Part shown: in pieces, positions 1 to 8,113 of the stretch
How the letters are laid out: every line of letters begins with the position of its first letter
Position numbering within the stretch: the stretch's first letter is position 1
NCBI GenBank assembly: GCA_038044745.1
Contig: JBBSZK010000005.1
Location: 12,841-76,840 of the forward strand
DNA length: 64,000 nucleotides
Origin: Nanobdellota archaeon
GTDB lineage: Archaea; Nanobdellota; Nanobdellia; Pacearchaeales; GW2011-AR1
Reading direction: 5' to 3'
Notes under the pieces: model-generated
Told to the model about the DNA's origin: nothing
The model's database searches: none
Seen by the model: only the letters and a program-made list of their open reading frames with translations
Translations under genes and position numbers: made by a program

Positions 1-26
1 TTGATTTGAGTTCTGCGTGTAGCATG

Positions 27-434
27 TTATTTATTGTCGAGAGACGGAAGATTTAATTTATCGATTAACTTACCTGCAAATAACCCTGCAAAAAATGACC
101 AGAACCCTCTTCTAGAATCGCGATAATTGTTATAGGCTTCATAAAATGCAAGTTTCAGTTTTACCATTAGCTCGTTTATATCTTGATGTTTATCAACCAT
201 CTGTTTGGTATACCCATACATAAGAAAATCATGAACAATATCCTCATGAATATTTCTTATTTGATAGTATTCGAGTTTTAACTTCTTAATTTCTGCAATT
301 CTCTGTTCCCAATGAGCAAACCATCGTTTTGGGTCAAAAGCAACTTTTTGATGAATTGCACGTGCTGCTTCGTAAATTCTTCCTTGATACAAGACTCTGC
401 CGTCTCCAAGATGCTCGATTTCCTTCGGTTTCAT
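27..434 (-). CDS. hypothetical protein (135 aa) directly downstream of hsdS
   Basis: The ORF is intact and its ATG lies 1 nt after the hsdS stop. I recognised no family motif. The C-terminus has a hydrophobic/amphipathic tail, GFWSFFAGLFAGKLI. Confidence 0.45.
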   Translation of the reverse strand: MKPKEIEHLGDGRVLYQGRIYEAARAIHQKVAFDPKRWFAHWEQRIAEIKKLKLEYYQIRNIHEDIVHDFLMYGYTKQMVDKHQDINELMVKLKLAFYEAYNNYRDSRRGFWSFFAGLFAGKLIDKLNLPSLDNK

Positions 435-435
435 T

Positions 436-1683
436 TTATAGTTCTCCTCTAAATGCTTTCTGCATAAGTGAGTTAAATAGCTCCTCGCTATTTGCCTGCG
501 TTTTCTTAACGTTTTCCTTCATTTTTTCAACGTGTTCGACAATGGATGCGAATTTTTGCTGAAGAGAAAGGGGTGGGACAATCACCTCTAGCCTATTAAT
601 CTGTTTAAGATAAAGACCCTTAACGGTAGCCTCGTTCGTATTTCCAATCATATATCTCTTCATGCTAGGAAGAGAAAGCATCTTTTCCAAAAAGATGTTG
701 CTAATATTTAATCTATTTGGTTTAATTAAAGCAATACTTCTCGCAAAAACAAATCTCTCTTTAATGTCTATTCTCTTAACTCTTCCAATTGTTCCAACAC
801 ATGTAATCAGGATATCCCCATATTCGGGCAAGCATCTTTTTGTAATTTTCTTGTAAGTTTCCTCATCTACATATTTAATATCCTCAAAATCGATTATTTC
901 ATTAACATTCTTTGCAGAAATATAAGGAACCCCTTTAGTAGTTAATGTGGGGGTTGCGTGTTCCCCATCGGTAATTTTATCGCAGATATTTTCTAAATTA
1001 TCTTGATTCCATCCTTTATTATTTTTAACTGGATCTCCAAACATTTCATAAAACACGCTCTTCAAATACTCATCCAGTAACGCACTCGCCCTTTTACCTT
1101 GTTCCTTTAATCGTTCGGCTTGTTCGAGGATTGCGACAATGCGCTGTTGTTCTTCGAGGTCGGGCTGGCCGTTGCGGAAGGGGAGAGGAATTTCTAACTT
1201 CCTTATTGGATTTAGATTTATGCTGCTTCTTGTTGAACCACCAGACTGAGATAATATTTGTGCCTGCCCTCTTTCAGTGGAAAGAAAAAGTTTAACGTAT
1301 TCTGCAGATATTTTATCCTTATTAACAGATATCTTTGCACAACTAGAAGCGATTAAGGCTTTTTTTATACGATTTGGTAATATGCACACCTTGCCGATAG
1401 TTGCCCCGGTTTTTGCAAGAATTATATCGTTAGGGAAGACCGCGCTTCTCTCTAGTTCCTTGAATTTCTTATCCGAAATGTAAACAAGGTCATCTTCATC
1501 AAATAGATTATCCTTTGTTATATTTTTTATTCGAATAACTGGAATTCCTGCCCCGGTATAATCGCTGGCGTGAAGTTGGGTGCCAAATGGGCCATCAACC
1601 ACTGCGAATTTCTTTTCTTCTAGAACGCTCCCAAGTTCAACTTCTCGCCATTCTATTTTATTTGTTTGTATTTGTTGTTTCAT
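436..1683 (-). CDS. hsdS: type I restriction-modification specificity subunit HsdS
   Basis: 415 aa with two target-recognition halves separated by a helical spacer (EEQQRIVAILEQAERLKEQGKRA) and ending in a second conserved helix (LQQKFASIVEHVEKMKE). The N-terminal VDGPFGTQL...GIPVIRIKNI motif is typical of Methylase_S domains. Confidence 0.85.
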   Translation of the reverse strand: MKQQIQTNKIEWREVELGSVLEEKKFAVVDGPFGTQLHASDYTGAGIPVIRIKNITKDNLFDEDDLVYISDKKFKELERSAVFPNDIILAKTGATIGKVCILPNRIKKALIASSCAKISVNKDKISAEYVKLFLSTERGQAQILSQSGGSTRSSINLNPIRKLEIPLPFRNGQPDLEEQQRIVAILEQAERLKEQGKRASALLDEYLKSVFYEMFGDPVKNNKGWNQDNLENICDKITDGEHATPTLTTKGVPYISAKNVNEIIDFEDIKYVDEETYKKITKRCLPEYGDILITCVGTIGRVKRIDIKERFVFARSIALIKPNRLNISNIFLEKMLSLPSMKRYMIGNTNEATVKGLYLKQINRLEVIVPPLSLQQKFASIVEHVEKMKENVKKTQANSEELFNSLMQKAFRGEL

Positions 1684-1684
1684 T

Positions 1685-2152
1685 TTAATATTTTGAAAAG
1701 TACGATTTTATTATGAATGCTACGATTGGTCCTATGGCGATAACGACAAAGCCAAGGAAGATATAACTTATCCAAAAGTTAGTTTGATTAATTAGACCTA
1801 AGTCTTTAATGAACCCATAAATCCCTATAAGGGCTAACACTGCAGCAGTAAACGCTACGATTTTATTAAACTCTTTTTGAGCTTCTCTATTTTTGTAATC
1901 CGTTAAGAATTCCATTCCAGAATCAGTTAAATGAACGTGACTAATATTTTCAGGGCTCACGTCAGTATTACTTTCATTTTTCCAAGTTACTTTGATGAAT
2001 TTATTCACAACTAGGTAAGGAATTACATTTTTGAACTGCTCATCTCGTATCATCTTCTCTACTTCTGGAGTTTTAACGGTCGGTCCCTGGAGATTATAAA
2101 TCGTATCCAAGAACGTTATGACTCTATCAATGAATCGATTACTCATCGTCAT
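1685..2152 (-). CDS. small membrane protein (155 aa, soluble N-terminal half plus two C-terminal TM helices)
   Basis: Hydrophobic segments IVAFTAAVLALIGIYGFI and FWISYIFLGFVVIAIGPIVAFII. The stop lies 1 nt before the hsdS start. The start is overlapped by the upstream RHH ORF. Confidence 0.5.
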   Translation of the reverse strand: MTMSNRFIDRVITFLDTIYNLQGPTVKTPEVEKMIRDEQFKNVIPYLVVNKFIKVTWKNESNTDVSPENISHVHLTDSGMEFLTDYKNREAQKEFNKIVAFTAAVLALIGIYGFIKDLGLINQTNFWISYIFLGFVVIAIGPIVAFIIKSYFSKY

Positions 2153-2315
2153 CCTCCAACTTTGTCGCTTTTCTAATCATCTCGCGGAGCTTGGTGTTGA
2201 TAGTCTTGCCCTCTTGATCACATAGCTTCTTAAGGTAGAGGAACTCTGTTTTATAGAGGCGCGTCGAGACGATCTTGCGTTCCTCGCCGCTCAACGGGTG
2301 ATTTTTTAAAACCAT
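2139..2315 (-). CDS. ribbon-helix-helix (CopG/Arc-like) small protein, 58 aa; below the ORF-track cutoff
   Basis: Hand translation: MVLKNHPLSGEERKIVSTRLYKTEFLYLKKLCDQEGKTINTKLREMIRKATKLEDDDE. It shows the beta-strand/helix/helix pattern of RHH proteins and an acidic tail. A TATA box lies 21-30 nt upstream. Its stop overlaps the next ORF start by 14 nt. Confidence 0.5.
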   Translation of the reverse strand: MVLKNHPLSGEERKIVSTRLYKTEFLYLKKLCDQEGKTINTKLREMIRKATKLEDDDE

Positions 2316-2335
2316 ACAAAACTAATAACTGCAAA

Positions 2336-2345
2336 CTATATAAAG
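2336..2345 (-). promoter_or_regulatory. TATA box for the RHH ORF
   Basis: The minus strand reads CTTTATATAG 21-30 nt upstream of the ATG at 2315. This matches the spacing seen at many other genes in the window. Confidence 0.4.
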
Positions 2346-2553
2346 TTATCTGAAAACATGTATACACCTTTTTGCCTATTTTACTCAATTTATCCCTTGC
2401 AAGGTCTTCCTCTGGGCCCTTAGACCGAAAGGTATATATTACAGGCATGCATGGATGCTATGTTACATATAACATCCCTCTCGAACGGAGTCCGAAAGGT
2501 GCCCGCCTGCCACTGTGGACGGGATAGACTAGTAGGGGGGTATTGTAACGCTT

Positions 2554-3303
2554 TCATTCTGTGTACTTCGGTTGAATTATTCCTCCTCGTATTTCGGTAT
2601 ATTTCTTTATAATCTGCGTATACGAGGGATCATTATGTTCTAACTCCTGGAATAGCGCACCACAAATTAAATCAGTTGCCTGAAGTTCTACGCTGTTTTT
2701 TGAATTTTCATGATATATAGAGATAATCATATCAAAAAGAGCCCTATCCCTATTGTACTCGTCTTCTTCTATCAAGTCAAATCTATACGTTTGACTTATA
2801 CCTTGATTGTCGGGATAGACGATTTCATTATAGTCCCTCACGGCGAGACAAGCGAGCTTCTTATTTTGAAAATAGTCTTTGTCAGCAATTATCTTCTTTG
2901 GAAGAAGTTTCCTATTCACAAGGCTTTCAACCAGCAAATCATGGAGTAACCGTTCTTTTTCCTTAGGATGAATATCTTTTCCATCTTTTTTAAAGGCCCG
3001 AAACATAATGTCAAACTTAAGTTTTGCAAGTTCCTCTAACGTCTTTAACAGAAGATGTTGATCAGGAAACGAATTAAACTTTATTTCTCCCCCGTGACGA
3101 TTAAGCCAAATCCGCCCTTTTTTTGTTCGCATTAGCGCTTCTTTTGTCTTTTTCATTATTTTTGATATCTTCTTTTTCTCATCGAGGCAGATATAGGTCA
3201 GTACCAGATAATTACTTCCATTTTTACCACAATCCCCGCTTTCATCGATATACCCTGTCTTAAATCGATCAAATTTACTTTCTCGTAATTCTTTCGGTAT
3301 CAT
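2554..3303 (-). CDS. DUF3800-like protein (249 aa)
   Basis: The N-terminal GYIDESGD motif followed by a short hydrophobic strand is as I recall for DUF3800. The start lies 1 nt after the hsdR stop. The family assignment is from memory and was not searched. Confidence 0.5.
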   Translation of the reverse strand: MIPKELRESKFDRFKTGYIDESGDCGKNGSNYLVLTYICLDEKKKISKIMKKTKEALMRTKKGRIWLNRHGGEIKFNSFPDQHLLLKTLEELAKLKFDIMFRAFKKDGKDIHPKEKERLLHDLLVESLVNRKLLPKKIIADKDYFQNKKLACLAVRDYNEIVYPDNQGISQTYRFDLIEEDEYNRDRALFDMIISIYHENSKNSVELQATDLICGALFQELEHNDPSYTQIIKKYTEIRGGIIQPKYTE

Positions 3304-3304
3304 A

Positions 3305-6046
3305 TTATTTCCACTTTAAGTTATTGCACTTCTGGACGATTCGTACGAGCTGTTCCTTAGAGAAGATATCCAGGGGACGGGCATCTGCGAGAGGATGTTC
3401 CGCGAGGTCCTTGAGTTCGATACGCTTTGCGCGGATAAAGACCTCCTCAAGAAGGCGGAGAAACTTGAGCTGTTCGACCGTGTAATGTTCGTTTTTGCTT
3501 GCGACATACTTATCAAATTCCCATTTGATCATCTGATGTGGGTCGGGAAGACCTTTGAGTTCAATGAGTTCTCGGAGGAAGAGCACGAAGTCTTTGGTTT
3601 GCTGAACATTCTCAATCGTTATGCGCGGATCGAGATGCCTGAGCTTTGCCTCTATCTGGAAGAGCTCTTCAGAGGTAACGCCTTCGCCTGCTTTTAGTTT
3701 TCGAATGAGCGCATCGTGCTCTATAATTTCTTTAAACGTACTTTCTTTTCGTAATTTCATAACCTCAGTTTGCACGTTCAACACGGCATCAGGCGCGTTA
3801 ATCTGAATCATTCGCTTGGGCGCTTCTTCGTAGAATATCATGAGAGGGGCGATGTCACGAACGAGAAAGTCAACATCTTCAAACGTAATCTCTTCCCAAA
3901 ACGGCTCCTTTTGAATACGGACAAGATCATCTCGCTTTACTTTGATGGCATCAAGGTTTTTATCCCAAATAGAATCGACATGGTCAACAACGTATTCTTG
4001 CACCTTGGCAATTTTATCTTTATCGTGTTCTTTAATAGGGTCGTACAACTTAATGCATTGTGAAATGAAGGCGTATACCTTTGCATTCTCTGATTTTGAA
4101 TAGATCAACAGAGGCACGATTTTATCTTTAAGTAAGGCGATGTGCTCTCGTAAATCAAACGTTGAAGAAACTACTTTTTTGATTATCTCGCGCTTTTCGA
4201 TAACGAGCGGAGATTCAACATCGATTTCTCGTACCGCATCGCGTATTTGTTTTTCTACGACCGCTCGTTCAGTATCCGTTAATTTTTTCTTGAGCGTATC
4301 CACTTGTGCGAGGAAAATGCGGGTTTTTGCATCGACACTTGCTGATCTTTGATTCATATGGCTCAGTTGGTGCTCTAAGACGTTTGACCAGGTTCCAAAT
4401 TTGAAGTCCAAAATAAGAAAATTCTCTTTTATGTGTCTTCCTTCGGAATTGGTAGGTAACCAGTCTTTATTATCGCACGCAGAAAGATTTCGCGTCCCTC
4501 TGCCGAGCATCTGCCAAAATCGAATCGGAGAGATAACGGGCTTAACAAACACAAGATTCATCACTTCGGGGATGTCAATCCCTGTATCGAGAACGCCGAC
4601 CGAGAGTGCAATGCGCGGGCTGTCGCGTTTACCAAATCGCTTAACTTCGTCCATGTATCGAGACTTATCAGAGGTAATGACTTTCACATCTCTGGCAAGA
4701 GCGGGATAGAGCCTTCGAAAAAGACGCTCGAGTGATTCTGCATGCCTTACGCTTGCGCAAAAAAAGATGCTCTTACAGGGCCGTTTATCATCGGAATTAT
4801 AACATCGATCTAAAAATTCTCTAATGATGAGCTCATTCGTTTTTTCATCAGTAAAAAACTTCTCGAACTTTGATCCGGGCGTTTGAAACTTCTCAGGCTC
4901 TTGTTCTTGCTCTTTCAATCTTTGTTGCAGATCCTTACTCAACTTCTTGCCCTCGATTCCTAAAGACAAGACGTTGGTCTCTATTATCTCCGCACTATAG
5001 GGGGCGAGCACTCCGTCCCTTACGGCCTCTTCATAATTATATCTAACAGTCGGTTTTCCTTTCTCGCATTCAAACAACTCAAACGTGTCTTTACTATCGT
5101 CCGAAGAAGGGGTGGCTGTTAACCCTATTTTCAACGCATCAAAATATTTGAAGATATCGTTGTTTTTGTCGTAATAGGACCGATGGGCCTCATCATAAAT
5201 AATGAGGTCGAAGGCGCCCGTTCCAAACTGTTCGTAAAATTTACCGCGGGGTCGTTGCGGAGACATGAGCGTTTGGACGGTTGAAACATAGAATCGAGCG
5301 CTTTCTGAATAGCCTTCCTCATTCAACTCGCAGACCGGGCTATCGGGGAAGAATTTCTTGAAGCCTTTCTCTTTTGCCTGATTGCCTAAGGAGATTCGGT
5401 CGACAACAAAGAGAACTTTTTGCACATAGTCTGATTTTATGAGCCCGTCTATTATCGCCATTGCAACGCGCGTCTTTCCGGTACCGGTTGCCATGTTAAT
5501 TAGTGCGTTTCGGTACCCCTTGGAAAAGTGTTCTAATACCATTTTGGTTGCTTCTATACCTCTTCTTCTATCCACAATTGCCGCATTTATCTTTACATGC
5601 GAGGGGTCTTTACGTTTCTTCATCAGACTAACCATGCGATGAAGGTCTTTTTGGCTAAAGGGCAACTTGACCTGCCTCGTTCGATCTAAGTCATCCATAT
5701 AATACCACGTGTCCCCATTGGTAAGAAAAATAGGAATCTTTATTCCGATATGTTTCTCAATATCTTCCCGATACGTCCGCGCCTGAATTTCTCCTTTGCC
5801 TACGCTCGCAGACGTTTTCTTTGCTTCGATAAGTGCGAGGGGTGAATGGTCCTGATCTAAAAACAGATAATCAATAAATCGGTCGACTCCACGTTCAATC
5901 GTCTGTTTGTCGCTTGTGTATTCTTTCCTCTTGAAATCGGACTTAATCGGGTTAACTTCTTCCCTAATGTACTCTGCCTTCCATCCGATTCTCTTAAGCA
6001 AGGGGTCGATCTTATTTTTTCGAGTCTCGGCTTCAGACGAATGCAT
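3305..6046 (-). CDS. hsdR: type I restriction enzyme R subunit HsdR (DEAH helicase/nuclease)
   Basis: N-terminal HSDR_N-like EAETRKNKIDPLLKRIGW, Walker A MATGTGKTRVAMA, DEAH box IIYDEAHRS, helicase C motifs (VGVLDTGIDIPEV, QMLGRGTR) and a long helical C-terminal domain resembling EcoEI_R_C. I prefer the ATG at 6046 (MHSSEAETRK) because a TATA box lies 21-28 nt upstream. The ORF itself is open to 6154. Confidence 0.85.
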   Translation of the reverse strand: MHSSEAETRKNKIDPLLKRIGWKAEYIREEVNPIKSDFKRKEYTSDKQTIERGVDRFIDYLFLDQDHSPLALIEAKKTSASVGKGEIQARTYREDIEKHIGIKIPIFLTNGDTWYYMDDLDRTRQVKLPFSQKDLHRMVSLMKKRKDPSHVKINAAIVDRRRGIEATKMVLEHFSKGYRNALINMATGTGKTRVAMAIIDGLIKSDYVQKVLFVVDRISLGNQAKEKGFKKFFPDSPVCELNEEGYSESARFYVSTVQTLMSPQRPRGKFYEQFGTGAFDLIIYDEAHRSYYDKNNDIFKYFDALKIGLTATPSSDDSKDTFELFECEKGKPTVRYNYEEAVRDGVLAPYSAEIIETNVLSLGIEGKKLSKDLQQRLKEQEQEPEKFQTPGSKFEKFFTDEKTNELIIREFLDRCYNSDDKRPCKSIFFCASVRHAESLERLFRRLYPALARDVKVITSDKSRYMDEVKRFGKRDSPRIALSVGVLDTGIDIPEVMNLVFVKPVISPIRFWQMLGRGTRNLSACDNKDWLPTNSEGRHIKENFLILDFKFGTWSNVLEHQLSHMNQRSASVDAKTRIFLAQVDTLKKKLTDTERAVVEKQIRDAVREIDVESPLVIEKREIIKKVVSSTFDLREHIALLKDKIVPLLIYSKSENAKVYAFISQCIKLYDPIKEHDKDKIAKVQEYVVDHVDSIWDKNLDAIKVKRDDLVRIQKEPFWEEITFEDVDFLVRDIAPLMIFYEEAPKRMIQINAPDAVLNVQTEVMKLRKESTFKEIIEHDALIRKLKAGEGVTSEELFQIEAKLRHLDPRITIENVQQTKDFVLFLRELIELKGLPDPHQMIKWEFDKYVASKNEHYTVEQLKFLRLLEEVFIRAKRIELKDLAEHPLADARPLDIFSKEQLVRIVQKCNNLKWK

Positions 6047-6066
6047 AGTCAGATACGTCTTTGTAG

Positions 6067-6074
6067 ATATAAAA
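6067..6074 (-). promoter_or_regulatory. TATA box for hsdR
   Basis: The minus strand reads TTTTATAT upstream of the ATG at 6046. Confidence 0.4.
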
Positions 6075-6119
6075 CTCTTTCCCCCTCGTATAATACGAGT
6101 TTTTAAGGATTTATGAGGC

Positions 6120-6398
6120 CTACTTGCGTCTTTTTCTATTCCGATAAAGACCATAGGTATTATCGTAAAGAGGATTCAATGGATGAACCCTACGAACGGT
6201 CGGATCATCATATACAGGGCCGGTTCTATTATTTTTTATTACTCCTGCCTCTCGCTCTGCGTCCAATTCACCCTTCCTTATTTCATAAGCATGTTGCGCA
6301 GCGGCAGAGCGCTTAATTGGTTTGGGAATCAGCTTAGGAAGAAGAAATAAGAGCAAAACGAAGAACACAATTATCACAACAACGGTTCCAGAGTCCAT
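6120..6398 (-). CDS. small membrane protein (about 92 aa)
   Basis: The ATG at 6398 begins MDSGTVVVIIVFFVLLLFLLPKL, a single N-terminal TM helix, and the tail is basic. The palindromic TATA GATATATAAAG lies 22-29 nt upstream. The longer track ORF starts at a TTG. Confidence 0.4.
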   Translation of the reverse strand: MDSGTVVVIIVFFVLLLFLLPKLIPKPIKRSAAAQHAYEIRKGELDAEREAGVIKNNRTGPVYDDPTVRRVHPLNPLYDNTYGLYRNRKRRK

Positions 6399-6464
6399 TT
6401 CCAACAGAACCAATTCGACTTTATATATCTCGCGCTTGACCGCAATATAACCAAAACCCTTTTC

Positions 6465-7316
6465 CTACCCCTGAATGCTCTCAAGTATCAAACAACCAGG
6501 GACAGGATCTGTTTTGGTATAGATGTCTGCGTTTTTGTAGGTGTTCCAGGAGTCATAGAGCGAGAGAATGGTGGCATGTGTTTGTGCTTCTATTGACGGA
6601 TGCAGATAGAGGAAAGGACACACATGATACGGATGGCCGTTCTCGGATTGGAGGATGCCTATTTCTAAAATCCCCATGCCGGGATAATTCTTGGTATCAT
6701 AATCGCTCACTTCGGCGATAATTTGACCTGCTATTACACTGTCTCCTTCACGTACAAGAGGGTTGATGACGTGTTCTGTTTCAAAGATTAAGTCTGAGCT
6801 CGGGTTTTTAACATGGATGGTATAATCTCCACTCCAGACCGTTTTTACACCGACGACCGTGCCATCAACTAAAGACCTGACGGGAGTGCCGAGCGGGGCG
6901 ATGAATATCGGCTGAAGGTTTTTCTTTTCAGGACCTGCACTGTTAGCAGGAATTACATAGCCGTACTCCATGAAGAGTCGGTCGTAGGTCAGCTTTTGTT
7001 TGGTGAAAACGAGGTCTCCCGCTTTTCCCGTCTGCGCATCATACGGTTCAAGTTGTATGCCTATACTCTTTATGAGCGCGTCGCTAGTAGGTTCTGCAGG
7101 AGGAGAAGATTGAGGTTCAGGAGGAGAAGATTGAGGTTCAGGAGGAGAAGATTGAGGTTCAGGTGGAGTTGTTTGAGATTCCGAAGCAGATGCTTGAGAT
7201 TCCGACTCGTGCGTGGCTTCTAAGGGAGTGTCTGCGTTGTTGTCGGGCATGAGAACCAATGCAACCGAGGCAAGAGTAAGAATGAACAATGCTACGAGAA
7301 GAATATCTTTATTCAC
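6465..7316 (-). CDS. secreted protein with PPEPQSS repeat linker and M23/LytM-like beta-barrel domain
   Basis: N-terminal signal/anchor ILLVALFILTLASVALVL, then a 3x PPEPQSS linker. The segment APLGTPVRSLVDGTVVGVK...YTIHV...EHVINPLVREGDSVIAGQIIAEV follows the M23 peptidase layout, but the metal-binding His motifs are not clearly intact. Confidence 0.45.
   Translation of the reverse strand: MNKDILLVALFILTLASVALVLMPDNNADTPLEATHESESQASASESQTTPPEPQSSPPEPQSSPPEPQSSPPAEPTSDALIKSIGIQLEPYDAQTGKAGDLVFTKQKLTYDRLFMEYGYVIPANSAGPEKKNLQPIFIAPLGTPVRSLVDGTVVGVKTVWSGDYTIHVKNPSSDLIFETEHVINPLVREGDSVIAGQIIAEVSDYDTKNYPGMGILEIGILQSENGHPYHVCPFLYLHPSIEAQTHATILSLYDSWNTYKNADIYTKTDPVPGCLILESIQG
7098..7160. repeat. perfect 3 x 21-bp tandem repeat inside the CDS
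   Basis: AGGAGGAGAAGATTGAGGTTC is repeated three times head to tail and encodes PPEPQSS on the minus strand. Confidence 0.9.
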
Positions 7317-7348
7317 AACAATGTGTGGGAAGGGGAATATAAAAATCC

Positions 7349-7492
7349 TTACTTAACCAAACCCAAACTCTTCAAGAGCTCAAGACGCTTCTTATGCTCT
7401 TCGTCGGACAACGGCGTGACTTCAGAATCATGACCCTTGGGTGTGGGCGCAATATACTTTTGCCGCTTAGGAAACTTGAGTGTCTTCCCCAT
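7349..7492 (-). CDS. possible small protein (47 aa)
   Basis: Hand translation: MGKTLKFPKRQKYIAPTPKGHDSEVTPLSDEEHKKRLELLKSLGLVK. A weak A/T-rich box lies about 27 nt upstream. It fills an otherwise empty 290-bp gap. No homology was recognised. Confidence 0.3.
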   Translation of the reverse strand: MGKTLKFPKRQKYIAPTPKGHDSEVTPLSDEEHKKRLELLKSLGLVK

Positions 7493-7605
7493 ACGCCAAA
7501 AAACAAGAAAGAGGTTTTTAAGCGTTTCTGTCAGCTCAGCTCAAAAAACATTAAACCAACACGTTTAAATAAATCACGCCCTTCGTACTGAAAGGTGAGC
7601 ACATA

Positions 7606-7887
7606 ATGGATTCTATTACCTCTGCAGCGCTGTTAGGGGGTGTGGGCGGTCTCACGCGGGGCGTTGTCGGTCTACTAAAGGCCATGTCGTTGCGACGACG
7701 AATTATTTGGAGCTATTACCTCATCACGGTAGCCATCGCCGTCATCATTGGAGCATTTGTCGGCATCGTGTTTAACTTCGACCCTCGGCTATCACTCTTA
7801 TCAGGCTACGCGGGCACCGACATATTGGAAGGTATTTACAAGAGCTTTAACGTGCAAAAGACCTATCTTGCACCGAAGAAAAAATAA
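7606..7887 (+). CDS. small membrane protein (93 aa)
   Basis: Gly-rich N-terminal helix plus TM segment YYLITVAIAVIIGAFVGIVF. AAAGGTGA lies 8-15 nt upstream and a TTTAAATAAA box lies further upstream. Confidence 0.45.
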   Translation: MDSITSAALLGGVGGLTRGVVGLLKAMSLRRRIIWSYYLITVAIAVIIGAFVGIVFNFDPRLSLLSGYAGTDILEGIYKSFNVQKTYLAPKKK

Positions 7888-7888
7888 C

Positions 7889-8113
7889 ATGATTGCGTTG
7901 CTGACCTTTCTTGCCGATTTTGCCATCGCCCTCTTTACGAGCTTGTCTGGATTTGTAGGGGTGTTTTTGTTTTTGTTGATGATTCTAACCGGATGGCTTG
8001 AACGTAAACACAAGCCGCGTTCATCGAACCTATTAGTGTTCGGAGGAATGGGCATGCTTATCATCTGGCTCTGGACTCGAATAGGGCTTACCATCGGAAG
8101 TGCAATGCGCTAA
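7889..8113 (+). CDS. small membrane protein (74 aa)
   Basis: The ATG lies 1 nt after the previous stop. Two TM helices are present (MIALLTFLADFAIALFTSLSGFVGVFLFLLMILTGW; LLVFGGMGMLIIWLW). The longer track ORF from 7748 overlaps the upstream gene out of frame. Confidence 0.4.
   Translation: MIALLTFLADFAIALFTSLSGFVGVFLFLLMILTGWLERKHKPRSSNLLVFGGMGMLIIWLWTRIGLTIGSAMR

Noticed and set aside
2251-2448. 65-aa track ORF in the R-M block.
   Set aside because: It is on the same strand as the better-supported 58-aa RHH ORF (2139-2315), overlaps it in another frame, and runs through that ORF's TATA box. Its sequence has no protein-like features.
6047-6154. 36-codon N-terminal extension of hsdR in the longest-ORF call.
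   Set aside because: The conserved HsdR N-terminal motif begins right after the Met at 6046. A TATA box sits inside the extension, and the extension overlaps the next gene.
7394-7591. 65-aa plus-strand ORF in the 7.3-7.6 kb gap.
   Set aside because: The sequence is Arg/Lys/Leu-rich and not protein-like, and there is no promoter context. A 47-aa minus-strand ORF with a better context occupies the same space, although it too is low confidence.
7748-7888. Long version of the 7748-8113 ORF.
   Set aside because: Its first 47 codons overlap the 7606-7887 membrane-protein gene out of frame. The ATG at 7889 lies 1 nt after that gene's stop and begins the hydrophobic domain.
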